Position numbers and translations under genes: made by a program. 27,817 nt of DNA from Desulfuromonadales bacterium (GTDB lineage Bacteria > Desulfobacterota > Desulfuromonadia > Desulfuromonadales > SZUA-540). The notes beneath the pieces are model-generated. The model was not told where the DNA came from. It did not search any database and was given only the letters and a program-made list of their open reading frames with translations. The stretch's first letter is position 1. Every line of letters begins with the position of its first letter. The stretch spans positions 1-27,817 of the forward strand of contig JAWSUS010000034.1 of NCBI GenBank assembly GCA_033549025.1, in the 5' to 3' direction. Shown here in pieces: positions 9,705 through 19,057 of the stretch.

Positions 9705-9715
9705 TAGCGCTGTTG

Positions 9716-9742
9716 TTAGCACTCCCTGTGAATGAGTGCTAA
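9716..9742 (+). promoter_or_regulatory. CIRCE element (HrcA operator)
   Basis: Perfect TTAGCACTC-N9-GAGTGCTAA upstream of groES. Confidence 0.97.
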
Positions 9743-9815
9743 CAACAGCGCTGGCGAAAGGCCTTGGGAATCTATCCCTGATTTCATTTTAGAGTGAGAA
9801 GAAAGGAGCAGAAAC

Positions 9816-10106
9816 ATGAACATCAGACCGCTGCACGACCGTATCATTGTAGAAAGACTGGAAGAAGAGACCATGACCGCCGGGGGGCTCATCATCCCCG
9901 ACTCCGCCAAAGAAAAGCCCCAGCAGGGCGTTGTCGTTGCCGCTGGCAAAGGCAAGGTGACTGAGGACGGCAAGGTGCTTGGCATGGACGTCAAGGTGGG
10001 CGACAAGGTGCTGTTCGGCAAGTACGCCGGTACCGAAATCAAGATTGAAGGCAAAGAATTTTTGATGATGCGCGAGGATGACATTCTCGGCGTCGTTGAA
10101 AAGTAA
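9816..10106 (+). CDS. groES: Co-chaperonin GroES
   Basis: [33 protein letters not shown]. Confidence 0.98.
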   Translation: MNIRPLHDRIIVERLEEETMTAGGLIIPDSAKEKPQQGVVVAAGKGKVTEDGKVLGMDVKVGDKVLFGKYAGTEIKIEGKEFLMMREDDILGVVEK

Positions 10107-10138
10107 TCCGCATATCAAATCTGACAAGGAGGATATAG

Positions 10139-11782
<1,644 letters not shown>

Positions 11783-11816
11783 CAACCGCCGCTCTTTGAG
11801 CTGCACTGGAACAACC

Positions 11817-11852
11817 AAAAAATCCCCCGGAAGCAATTCCGGGGGATTTTTT
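11817..11852. terminator. Bidirectional rho-independent terminator
   Basis: AAAAAATCCCCCGGAA-GCAA-TTCCGGGGGATTTTTT between convergent genes. Confidence 0.93.
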
Positions 11853-11881
11853 ATTTGAGCTGATAAGAAAGGGCTGGCGGA

Positions 11882-12856
11882 TCAGAGAATGTAATCGGCG
11901 ACCCGCTCCCGGGGCATGGGCGACACTTCGACCGTCCAGCTCTGCTCCCCCTGCCGCAATAGCACCTCCAAGTGCGGTTCGTCCTTGCCCTTGCCATAGG
12001 ACGCCAGAATGGCCGCGGCGGTAGTCAGATCGGCGGGAGTGGCGTCGCCGGTGACGACACCGAGGGGGCCAGAAAAGTTGAGCGTGCGCAGAAGGATGTC
12101 CTCCGGACGCAAGAGGCTTTTCAAAGCCTCATTGCTGACCTTGTCGCGGCCGAGGGTCAGTTTGGCGCGGTCCGACAATCGGTACTGGCGCCCGAGTTTG
12201 AGGTATTCAACGTCGATGACGCTGGCTTGCGGGTGGTGTTCGAAGAGATCTCTCAAGCGGCCGGCAAAGGATTTTTCCGTCAGCAGACACCCCCCGCCCG
12301 AACCGGGGTATTCTACCAGTTTCCATTCGCGGGCCAGTTCTTCCTGTCGGCGTCGGGTGCGTCCCTGAATATCCAGCAGGCGTTCGCGATCAACTAGACC
12401 CTGTTCCTCCATGGGGGTGATGGGCAGCAGTTTGGCGCTCAAGGGCCGCAGGATGCGATTGGGGAAGTCCGAATAGTTAGCCACTGCTTTGAGAGCGCTG
12501 AGATTCTGGCTCATGGGGCGCTGCCCTAGCACTTCACCGGAAAAGAGGAAGTCATAACCTTCATCGTTCATGATGCGCCCCGCCAGCCGGAACATCATGG
12601 CATGGCAGTCGATGCAGGGGTTCATGTTGCGCCCATAGCCGTATTTAGGATTTTTCAGCATCTCCAGGTGGATGTCGCCGATATCCCGGATCAGCAGGGG
12701 GATGCCGATCTGGGCGGCGGCTTTTTCGGCTTTTTCCGAACCGAAAAACGGGGTGACAAAAACGATGCCCGTGACATCGACGCCCTGCCGTTTCAGGACC
12801 ATGGCGGCCAGAATGCTGTCGAGACCGCCGGAAATCAGGCCGAGGCCTTTGCTCAT
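11882..12856 (-). CDS. ThiI/MnmA-like PP-loop ATP pyrophosphatase (putative tRNA sulfurtransferase)
   Basis: SGGLDS PP-loop, PCIDCH, GEVLGQRPMSQ, ILRPL, GGCLLT; AAGGAG RBS; no THUMP domain in front of the PP-loop. Confidence 0.82.
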   Translation of the reverse strand: MSKGLGLISGGLDSILAAMVLKRQGVDVTGIVFVTPFFGSEKAEKAAAQIGIPLLIRDIGDIHLEMLKNPKYGYGRNMNPCIDCHAMMFRLAGRIMNDEGYDFLFSGEVLGQRPMSQNLSALKAVANYSDFPNRILRPLSAKLLPITPMEEQGLVDRERLLDIQGRTRRRQEELAREWKLVEYPGSGGGCLLTEKSFAGRLRDLFEHHPQASVIDVEYLKLGRQYRLSDRAKLTLGRDKVSNEALKSLLRPEDILLRTLNFSGPLGVVTGDATPADLTTAAAILASYGKGKDEPHLEVLLRQGEQSWTVEVSPMPRERVADYIL

Positions 12857-12952
12857 AACGTGACTCCTTGCATCGTACTGTGTTCGCTCGGTCCGCCTGC
12901 GGGACTGAGGTGAGAGGGGAGCACCCGGATTATAGGGCCGGATGCCGGAAAC

Positions 12953-12979
12953 AAAAAAAGAGGCCCGTTGCCGGGCCTC
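12953..12979 (-). terminator. Rho-independent terminator after the cytochrome gene
   Basis: Minus strand GAGGCCCG-GCAA-CGGGCCTC-TTTTTTT. Confidence 0.9.
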
Positions 12980-13003
12980 CGGGACGTGGGTCTGGCAAAA
13001 AGT

Positions 13004-13315
13004 CTACTTTTTGTGACACCTGGCGCAGTTGCCTTTAGCGTCGAAGGCCAGTTGGCCGTTGTGACAGATGCCGCACTGTTTGCCGGCGTAGATTTCGTCC
13101 ATGGTGATGGTCACGGTTCCCTTTTTCATGGCCGGAAAGGTGTCCTTGTTGTGGCACTGGGCGCAGTTTTTAGCGGCATCGTTATGCAGCTTGCCGTCAA
13201 AAATCACTTTTCCCATGGGGCTCTTGTCGAACTCAAGGGTTCTGCCGGGGGGGACGGCAAGAGCGGCGGTGGCGCAAAACGCCGAAAGAACCAGGACGAA
13301 AGCCAGTTTTTTCAT
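13004..13315 (-). CDS. Periplasmic triheme c-type cytochrome (c7-like domain)
   Basis: Sec signal peptide ending in ALA; three CxxCH motifs (CAQCH, CGICH, CARCH); AAGGAGG RBS. Confidence 0.93.
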   Translation of the reverse strand: MKKLAFVLVLSAFCATAALAVPPGRTLEFDKSPMGKVIFDGKLHNDAAKNCAQCHNKDTFPAMKKGTVTITMDEIYAGKQCGICHNGQLAFDAKGNCARCHKK

Positions 13316-13362
13316 GGTGAACCTCCTTCACATAGGTATGGGATGTCTGAAATCACTGTCTA

Positions 13363-13390
13363 ATTATGCCCTTTGCCTGAGAAAGTGCAA
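13363..13390 (-). promoter_or_regulatory. Putative sigma70 promoter of the cytochrome gene
   Basis: Minus strand TTGCAC-N16-CATAAT. Confidence 0.55.
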
Positions 13391-13399
13391 CCAGCCTCG

Positions 13400-14680
13400 T
13401 CAGGAGGCCTGACTGTCGGGATAGAGGCTGAGAGCCTCATCGACCAGTTCCAGCAGATGGACAGCCTTCTGATTCTGGCCGGCATGGTTGAGACTGTCCT
13501 GCAGCTGCATGATGCAGCCGGGGCAGTCGGTGGCGACCAGTTCGGCGCCGCTGGCCTCGATGTTGGCCGCTTTTTTGGCCCCGATTTTTTTGCTGGTGTC
13601 GTAGTGATAGACCGAATAGGTGCCGCCCAGGCCGCAACAGGTTCCGGATCCGGTCATTTCGACAAAATCCACCTGGGGCAGGGCCTTGAGGATGAGGCGC
13701 GGTTCCTTGGTGATGCCGCGGGTGCGCAGATGACAGGGGTCGTGATAGGTGACCCGGGTGCGCTGGGCCGCTTTGGGCAGGGCGGCCAGCTTTTCGGGGA
13801 AGCCCTGCTCGACCAGAAAGACGAAAATGTCCTTGGTCTTGGCCGCCAGTTTCTCGAAATCGCCTCCCATCTCGCCATAGATTTTGCCGAGACCGGCGTT
13901 GCAGGTGGCGCAGGCTGTGACCACGTAGTCGACGGGGTGGCGATTGAGGGCGGCCAGGTTCTGCTCGGCCAGTTGTTCGACCACCTCGCCGGCGCCGGCG
14001 CTGACGGCGGGCAAGCCGCAGCAGGCCTGATCCTTGGGGATGACGATGGTCACACCGAGAAATTTCAAGGTTTTGAGAAAGACTTCACCGATCTGGGGAT
14101 ACATGTAGTTGATGCCGCAGCCGGTGAAGAAGGCGACGGTGGGCGCCCCTTCTTTGCCAGGGATGATTTCGGGGTGCTGCTCCCGGAAGGGCTTGGCGGC
14201 GATAGGCGGCAACGTGCGGTCCCGGTCGAGATACGGGGCAGGAAAGCGCAGGCGCAGACCACTGTTTTCCGGCAGTTTCTTGAAGAGTAGGGAAGAGAGC
14301 GCCCCACCCGTCTTGGCCAGCGTGTTCATGAGTTTGGGACGGCCCAGAACGGCAGCGACGCCCTTGCCGAAACTGCTCAGGCCACGTTCCTCGGCGATGC
14401 GACGGCGAGCGGCCGCGACAATGTCGTCAGTGGGGACCTTGTTCGGGCACTGGGCGCAGCAGCTGCCACAGAGCAGGCACTGGCTCATGTCCTCGAGCAC
14501 CTTGGCCTCCAGGTCGATCTGCCCTTCCAGCAGGGAGTGGGCCAGGGCTACCTTGCCCCGGGCCACGCGCCCTTCGTGCTTCTCGGCGCCGAAGACGGGA
14601 CAGTGGGCGCGGCAGGCGCCGCATTTGACGCATTGCTCTATCTCTTCTCTGAAATCTTCGAGTTTCTTCAGTTTGCTCAT
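13400..14680 (-). CDS. glcF: GlcF-like Fe-S subunit (two 4Fe-4S motifs plus two CCG domains) of a 2-hydroxyacid dehydrogenase
   Basis: CVKCGACRAHCP, CLLCGSCCAQCP, ACCG, YHDPCHL, TCCG and DCPGC. Confidence 0.88.
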   Translation of the reverse strand: MSKLKKLEDFREEIEQCVKCGACRAHCPVFGAEKHEGRVARGKVALAHSLLEGQIDLEAKVLEDMSQCLLCGSCCAQCPNKVPTDDIVAAARRRIAEERGLSSFGKGVAAVLGRPKLMNTLAKTGGALSSLLFKKLPENSGLRLRFPAPYLDRDRTLPPIAAKPFREQHPEIIPGKEGAPTVAFFTGCGINYMYPQIGEVFLKTLKFLGVTIVIPKDQACCGLPAVSAGAGEVVEQLAEQNLAALNRHPVDYVVTACATCNAGLGKIYGEMGGDFEKLAAKTKDIFVFLVEQGFPEKLAALPKAAQRTRVTYHDPCHLRTRGITKEPRLILKALPQVDFVEMTGSGTCCGLGGTYSVYHYDTSKKIGAKKAANIEASGAELVATDCPGCIMQLQDSLNHAGQNQKAVHLLELVDEALSLYPDSQAS

Positions 14681-14752
14681 AAAAAAACCAATATGACGTG
14701 CTGGAGTAGTGGGGACGGTGTGCTCCGACAGTTCACACCGCTCACCCTGGGT

Positions 14753-16132
14753 TCAATCCAGAAAAATTTTGCCGGGATTGAGGATGTTGTTGGGGTCAAG
14801 GGCCTTTTTGACCGCCTTCATGTAGGCTGCCGTCTGCTCGCTGAGTTCGAGGGGAATAAAGGCAGCCTTGGCGATGCCGACCCCGTGCTCGCCGCTCATG
14901 GTGCCGCCGAGGGCGAGGGCGCCGCGAAAGACCTCTTCAATGGCCTTTTCGGCGATCTCCATCTGGCCGGGAATTTTCTTGTCGATCATGACGTTGACGT
15001 GGATGTTGCCGTCGCCGGCGTGACCGAAGTTGACGATGGGGATCTGGTATTTCTCTGAAATAGCATCGACTTTGCGAATCATCTCCGGCACTTTGCTGCG
15101 CGGCACGCAGATATCCTCGTTGAACTTGTCGGGATTCACTTTGCGCAGCGACGGGGAAACGGCGCGGCGGATCTGCCACAGGGCCTCACTCTCTTCCGGG
15201 GTGGTGGCGATGCGCGTCTCCACGACGCCCAGGGGCTGGATGATGTCGCTGATGCGGCCCACCTGCTTGTCGAGAAACTCGCGGTCGCCATCGACCTCGA
15301 TAATGAGCACGGCCCGGGCGTTTTCGGGCACCTGCAGGCCGGTGGCCTGGCGCACGCAGTCGATGGTGCGGCCATCCATGAATTCGAGGGTCGTTGGGAT
15401 GATCTTGCCGCGAATGATGGCCGAGACGGCCTGGGCGGCGCCGTCGATGGAATCGAAGAGCACCAGCATGGTCTTTTTGGCTTCGGGCAAAGGCAACAGC
15501 TTGATGACGATGCGGGTGATGATGCCGAGGGTTCCCTCCGAGCCGCACATGAGTTTGGTCAGGTCGTAGCCGACCACGCCCTTCATGGTCGGTCCCCCCG
15601 TGGTGATGATGTCGCCGGTGGGGGTGACGACTTCAAGGCCGAGGATGTAATCCTTGGTCACGCCGTACTTGACGCAGCGGGGGCCGCCGGCGCACTCGGC
15701 CACGTTGCCCCCCAGGGTGGAGAACTTGAGGGAAGCCGGGTCGGGGGGATAGAAGAGCCCCACCTTTTCGACGGCCTGCTGAAACTGTTCGGTCACCACG
15801 CCGGGTTCGACGACGGCGACGAGATTTTCCTCGTCGATCTCGAGGATGCGGTCAAGTCGCTCGGTGCAGAGGACGATCCCGCCCTTGGTGGGCAGGCTGC
15901 CGCCGGAAAATCCGCTGCCGGCGCCGCGGGGAAAGACGGGGATCTTCTCGGCGTTGGCCATCTTCATGACCAGGCTGATCTCTTGGGCGTCGGCGGGAAA
16001 GACCACGGCCTCAGGCAGATACTGCTGCTGGGTGGCGTCATAGGAATAGCAGATCAGATCGGCCTTTTGGGTGGAGACGTTCTCTTTGCCGACGATATCC
16101 TGCAGGATTTTTACAAGTCGTGATTCGAGCAT
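14753..16132 (-). CDS. glcD: GlcD-like FAD-linked D-2-hydroxyacid (glycolate/D-lactate) dehydrogenase
   Basis: PRGAGSGFSGG, YPPDPAS, GSEGTLG, FGHAGDGNIH, GEHGVG and LNPGKIF. Confidence 0.92.
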   Translation of the reverse strand: MLESRLVKILQDIVGKENVSTQKADLICYSYDATQQQYLPEAVVFPADAQEISLVMKMANAEKIPVFPRGAGSGFSGGSLPTKGGIVLCTERLDRILEIDEENLVAVVEPGVVTEQFQQAVEKVGLFYPPDPASLKFSTLGGNVAECAGGPRCVKYGVTKDYILGLEVVTPTGDIITTGGPTMKGVVGYDLTKLMCGSEGTLGIITRIVIKLLPLPEAKKTMLVLFDSIDGAAQAVSAIIRGKIIPTTLEFMDGRTIDCVRQATGLQVPENARAVLIIEVDGDREFLDKQVGRISDIIQPLGVVETRIATTPEESEALWQIRRAVSPSLRKVNPDKFNEDICVPRSKVPEMIRKVDAISEKYQIPIVNFGHAGDGNIHVNVMIDKKIPGQMEIAEKAIEEVFRGALALGGTMSGEHGVGIAKAAFIPLELSEQTAAYMKAVKKALDPNNILNPGKIFLD

Positions 16133-16177
16133 GTTTTTATACCTTTTCTGGGCCGCCGGGGCGGCGGGTAACGCGGA

Positions 16178-17446
16178 TCAGACGAGGACGGGCAGTACGC
16201 TGCCGCCATCGGGGATGACCACCGTCCTGGGGTTTTTGTTCAGCCCCTTGTACGCCATCCGCAGGGCTTCGTCAAGATCGGCGGCCTTTTCCATGCCCAT
16301 CTGGCGGGTTTCTTCGGCACCGAGTTCGCTGACCAGAATCAGCCGGTATTTTATCGCCTTGAGCAGGGTGGCATAGGCCGTCTGTCCGTTGATTTCATAG
16401 TGCTGACGCAACTGCGCCTCAAACTCCTGCAGATCCTGATAGCGAAACCAGTTGAAAAAGGTGCTGTTGCCGAAGCCATCCGCGCAGGCGGCGAGCAGAA
16501 TGAGGGTGCCCCCCGGCTTGAGGGCGCCAACCCCATAATCGAGGGCCTTGTGGGCTTGGATGAAATTGATGTCTTTAGGGTAGCCGCCGCAGGAGACCAC
16601 GGCCAGGTCGAAAGGCGCCTCCAGGGGGATGGCGTAGAGATCGTTCACCTTCCGGCAGGCAGCCAGGTGGGCCTGTTCCAGTTCGCCGCAGGTCACGCCA
16701 AGGATCTCCTTGCGGGGAGACAGAACCGTGTTGAGCACGAAGTCGGGGCCAATCATACGGGCGGCTTCCAGCAGGGCAGCATGGACGGGATTGCCTTCGA
16801 GGACACCCGTTACCGCGCGGGGGTGCTTGCCGCCTATTTCAGGGGGATTGAAAACGGCGAAATGGGTGGCCATACAGGTTTCACGGCTGGCGACGCCGGG
16901 GACCAACCCCTTGCGGCCGCCGCCGAAACCGGCGAAGTAGTGAAAGCCCGCGGTGCCGGTGACGATGACCCGATCTGCTTCGGTGACCTTGCGGTTGACC
17001 GTAACGGGAATGCCGCCGGCCGTGCGTCCCAGCGTCACGAGGTCGGCGGGATTATCGCAGTTGTGATCGCTGACGCGGATGCGGCCGTAAAGGGGGCCGA
17101 GAATCTTGCGGTGCTCCTGTTCCGTTTGGGGGCGGTGAATGCCGAGGGCGATCAGAATCTCCATGTCCCCGTCAGCAATGCCGCAGTCGTTGAGATGATC
17201 TACCAGGATGGGCAGGTAGACCTCGCTGCCGGTGTAGCGGGTGATGTCCGAGGTGACAATGACGACGCGCTCGCCGGGATGCACGATATCGGCCAGACAG
17301 GGACTGCCCAAAGGTGCGGTGAGGCTCTGACGCACCAGGTCCTCGGCGGACAGGGGCGGAGTCAGGCTGCGGGGACTCAAAACCTGGCCCTCGGGGAGGG
17401 TGCAGTTAAGGGTGCGCTCGCCGTATTTCAGTTCGATAACCGACAA
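16178..17446 (-). CDS. larA: LarA-family nickel-pincer-dependent lactate/2-hydroxyacid racemase
   Basis: SDITR, LGIHR, HYFAGFGGGRK, MATH, GGYPKDINFIQAHK; TTG start with GGAGG RBS 7 nt upstream. Confidence 0.88.
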   Translation of the reverse strand: MSVIELKYGERTLNCTLPEGQVLSPRSLTPPLSAEDLVRQSLTAPLGSPCLADIVHPGERVVIVTSDITRYTGSEVYLPILVDHLNDCGIADGDMEILIALGIHRPQTEQEHRKILGPLYGRIRVSDHNCDNPADLVTLGRTAGGIPVTVNRKVTEADRVIVTGTAGFHYFAGFGGGRKGLVPGVASRETCMATHFAVFNPPEIGGKHPRAVTGVLEGNPVHAALLEAARMIGPDFVLNTVLSPRKEILGVTCGELEQAHLAACRKVNDLYAIPLEAPFDLAVVSCGGYPKDINFIQAHKALDYGVGALKPGGTLILLAACADGFGNSTFFNWFRYQDLQEFEAQLRQHYEINGQTAYATLLKAIKYRLILVSELGAEETRQMGMEKAADLDEALRMAYKGLNKNPRTVVIPDGGSVLPVLV

Positions 17447-17472
17447 TTGATGACCTCCAGAGTAGCCTTTGT

Positions 17473-17501
17473 ATTCTACGGATTTTACGTGGAAAGTGCA
17501 A
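17473..17501 (-). promoter_or_regulatory. Putative sigma70 promoter of larA-glcD-glcF
   Basis: Minus strand TTGCAC-N17-TAGAAT. Confidence 0.65.
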
Positions 17502-17515
17502 GAAGAGAGGTGTTT

Positions 17516-18892
17516 TTAGGGCGGGGACTTTCTTCGGCTTTGATGCTGCCCGAGCGCCAGGGCGAAAAAGGCGGCCGCCAGTCCCAGGTAAAGAGGGGGG
17601 ATGCTGGTCTGTACAAAGCCGGCGACCAGGACGACAGTAGGGCCGAGGTAAATAGCCAGCGCGCCGCCTCTGGGTGAGAGGTGCTCTCGCAGGAAGAGAG
17701 CGGCCAGCAGGGGCAGGCACAGGGTGGCGCCGCGCAAGCCCATGGAGAGAAAGCTCCAGGCCATGACCGTGGAGCCGAGGTTGACGAGGAGGAGCAGCAA
17801 GGCAAGGAGGAGGGCGGTCAGGGTGGTCAGGCGCAGGGCGGTCAATTCGTGTTTTCTGGCCCAGGCAAAACGCGAGAAGACATCGACCTGCAGGGTCGTG
17901 CCCACCCCGAGGGTCAGCCCCGCCGCAGTTCCGAGCGCGGCAATCAGCAAAGCGGCAAAGGCGATGCCGGCGAAGGCCGGCGGCAGCTGCTCGAAGAGAA
18001 AGGTCGGCAGGGCCAGGGCGCTGTCGAGGCCGGGCTGGCTCTGCCGCATGAACAGGCCGACGGCGACACCGAAGAGGCCCAAGGGGGGGATGAGGACGGC
18101 GCTCAACAGCGCTCCCTGGCGCGCGGCCTTTTCGTCGCGGGCCGAAAAGATGGCCTGCAGGTAGGTCTGGGTGGAGACGACACCCACCAGCATGGACAGC
18201 AGGTCGTTGAGGCCGGCGCCGAGGCCGTAGCCGAAGAGACTGAACCAGGGGACGGGGCTAAATGAACGGGTAAGGCCCGGCCATCCGCCGCTGAGGCTGA
18301 AGGCGATAAGGCCGGCGCTGACCATGGTGAGATAGAGGAGCAGCAGTTTGACCAGGCCGATTTTGCCGGCGCCGAGCATTCCCTGCTGCAGGGAAAGGAC
18401 GGCGACCAGCCCGGCCGACAGCAGCGCCCCCTGAAAGAGGCTGAGGCCGAAGAGACTGGTCAAAATGGCGCCACAGGCCAGCAGCTGGGCAACGATGTGC
18501 ACGAACATGCCGGTTGCGGAAAAGAGGCTGGCGGCCAGGCGAGGGCGGGGGCCGTAGAAGCGGCTGATGAACTGGGGGATGGTTTCGACCTCGCCCTGGC
18601 GCAAGGGGGAGGCCATGAACAGACCGAGAACGAGGCAGGCCAGACCTGCTCCCAGGGTGAACCACCAGGCGGAGAGACCATAGAGAAAGGCCAATTGCAC
18701 CGTACCGATGGTGGAGGCGCCTCCGACCAGGGTGCCCATGATGGCGCCGGCGACGCTCCAGCGGCCGGCCTGCCGCCCCGCCACCGAAAAGTCCCGGGCA
18801 GTGCGGGCCGTTCGTCGACCGCCGGTCGAAAACAGCACCATGGCGACAAGGGTGGCGGCAAAAGCGGCGAGAAAGGGGAGATTGGGGGCCAT
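17516..18892 (-). CDS. Sodium:solute symporter (SSS) family transporter
   Basis: DFSVAGR, GTLVGGASTIG, TIPQFISRFYG, QTYLQAIFSARD and many hydrophobic segments. Start uncertain (ATG 18892 chosen; frame open to 18943). Confidence 0.88.
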   Translation of the reverse strand: MAPNLPFLAAFAATLVAMVLFSTGGRRTARTARDFSVAGRQAGRWSVAGAIMGTLVGGASTIGTVQLAFLYGLSAWWFTLGAGLACLVLGLFMASPLRQGEVETIPQFISRFYGPRPRLAASLFSATGMFVHIVAQLLACGAILTSLFGLSLFQGALLSAGLVAVLSLQQGMLGAGKIGLVKLLLLYLTMVSAGLIAFSLSGGWPGLTRSFSPVPWFSLFGYGLGAGLNDLLSMLVGVVSTQTYLQAIFSARDEKAARQGALLSAVLIPPLGLFGVAVGLFMRQSQPGLDSALALPTFLFEQLPPAFAGIAFAALLIAALGTAAGLTLGVGTTLQVDVFSRFAWARKHELTALRLTTLTALLLALLLLLVNLGSTVMAWSFLSMGLRGATLCLPLLAALFLREHLSPRGGALAIYLGPTVVLVAGFVQTSIPPLYLGLAAAFFALALGQHQSRRKSPP

Positions 18893-19005
18893 GGCAGGGT
18901 GAATTCCGGGTGTATGGTACGCCTGCGCCTTCAAACCAGGCACCCCATGATAGCGGTCGCCGACGACCTGATCAATGCCAAATGTGGTCTTGCCCGACCA
19001 TTCAA

Positions 19006-19034
19006 TTGACTCGGCCTTAACTTCGACTTAGAAT
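19006..19034 (+). promoter_or_regulatory. Putative sigma70 promoter of radA
   Basis: TTGACT-N17-TAGAAT. Confidence 0.7.
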
Positions 19035-19057
19035 CGCACCTTCCGGAAAGGGGCGCC

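Noticed and set aside
9399..9722. 108-codon N-terminal extension of the aminotransferase ORF in the six-frame track
   Set aside because: It runs through the riboswitch, its terminator and the groES promoter. Family homology and the RBS begin at ATG 9398.
11882..12856. PP-loop protein as the LarE sulfur insertase for the nearby LarA
   Set aside because: Its motifs (GEVLGQ, RPL) are ThiI-like rather than LarE-like, and a strong terminator separates it from the cluster.
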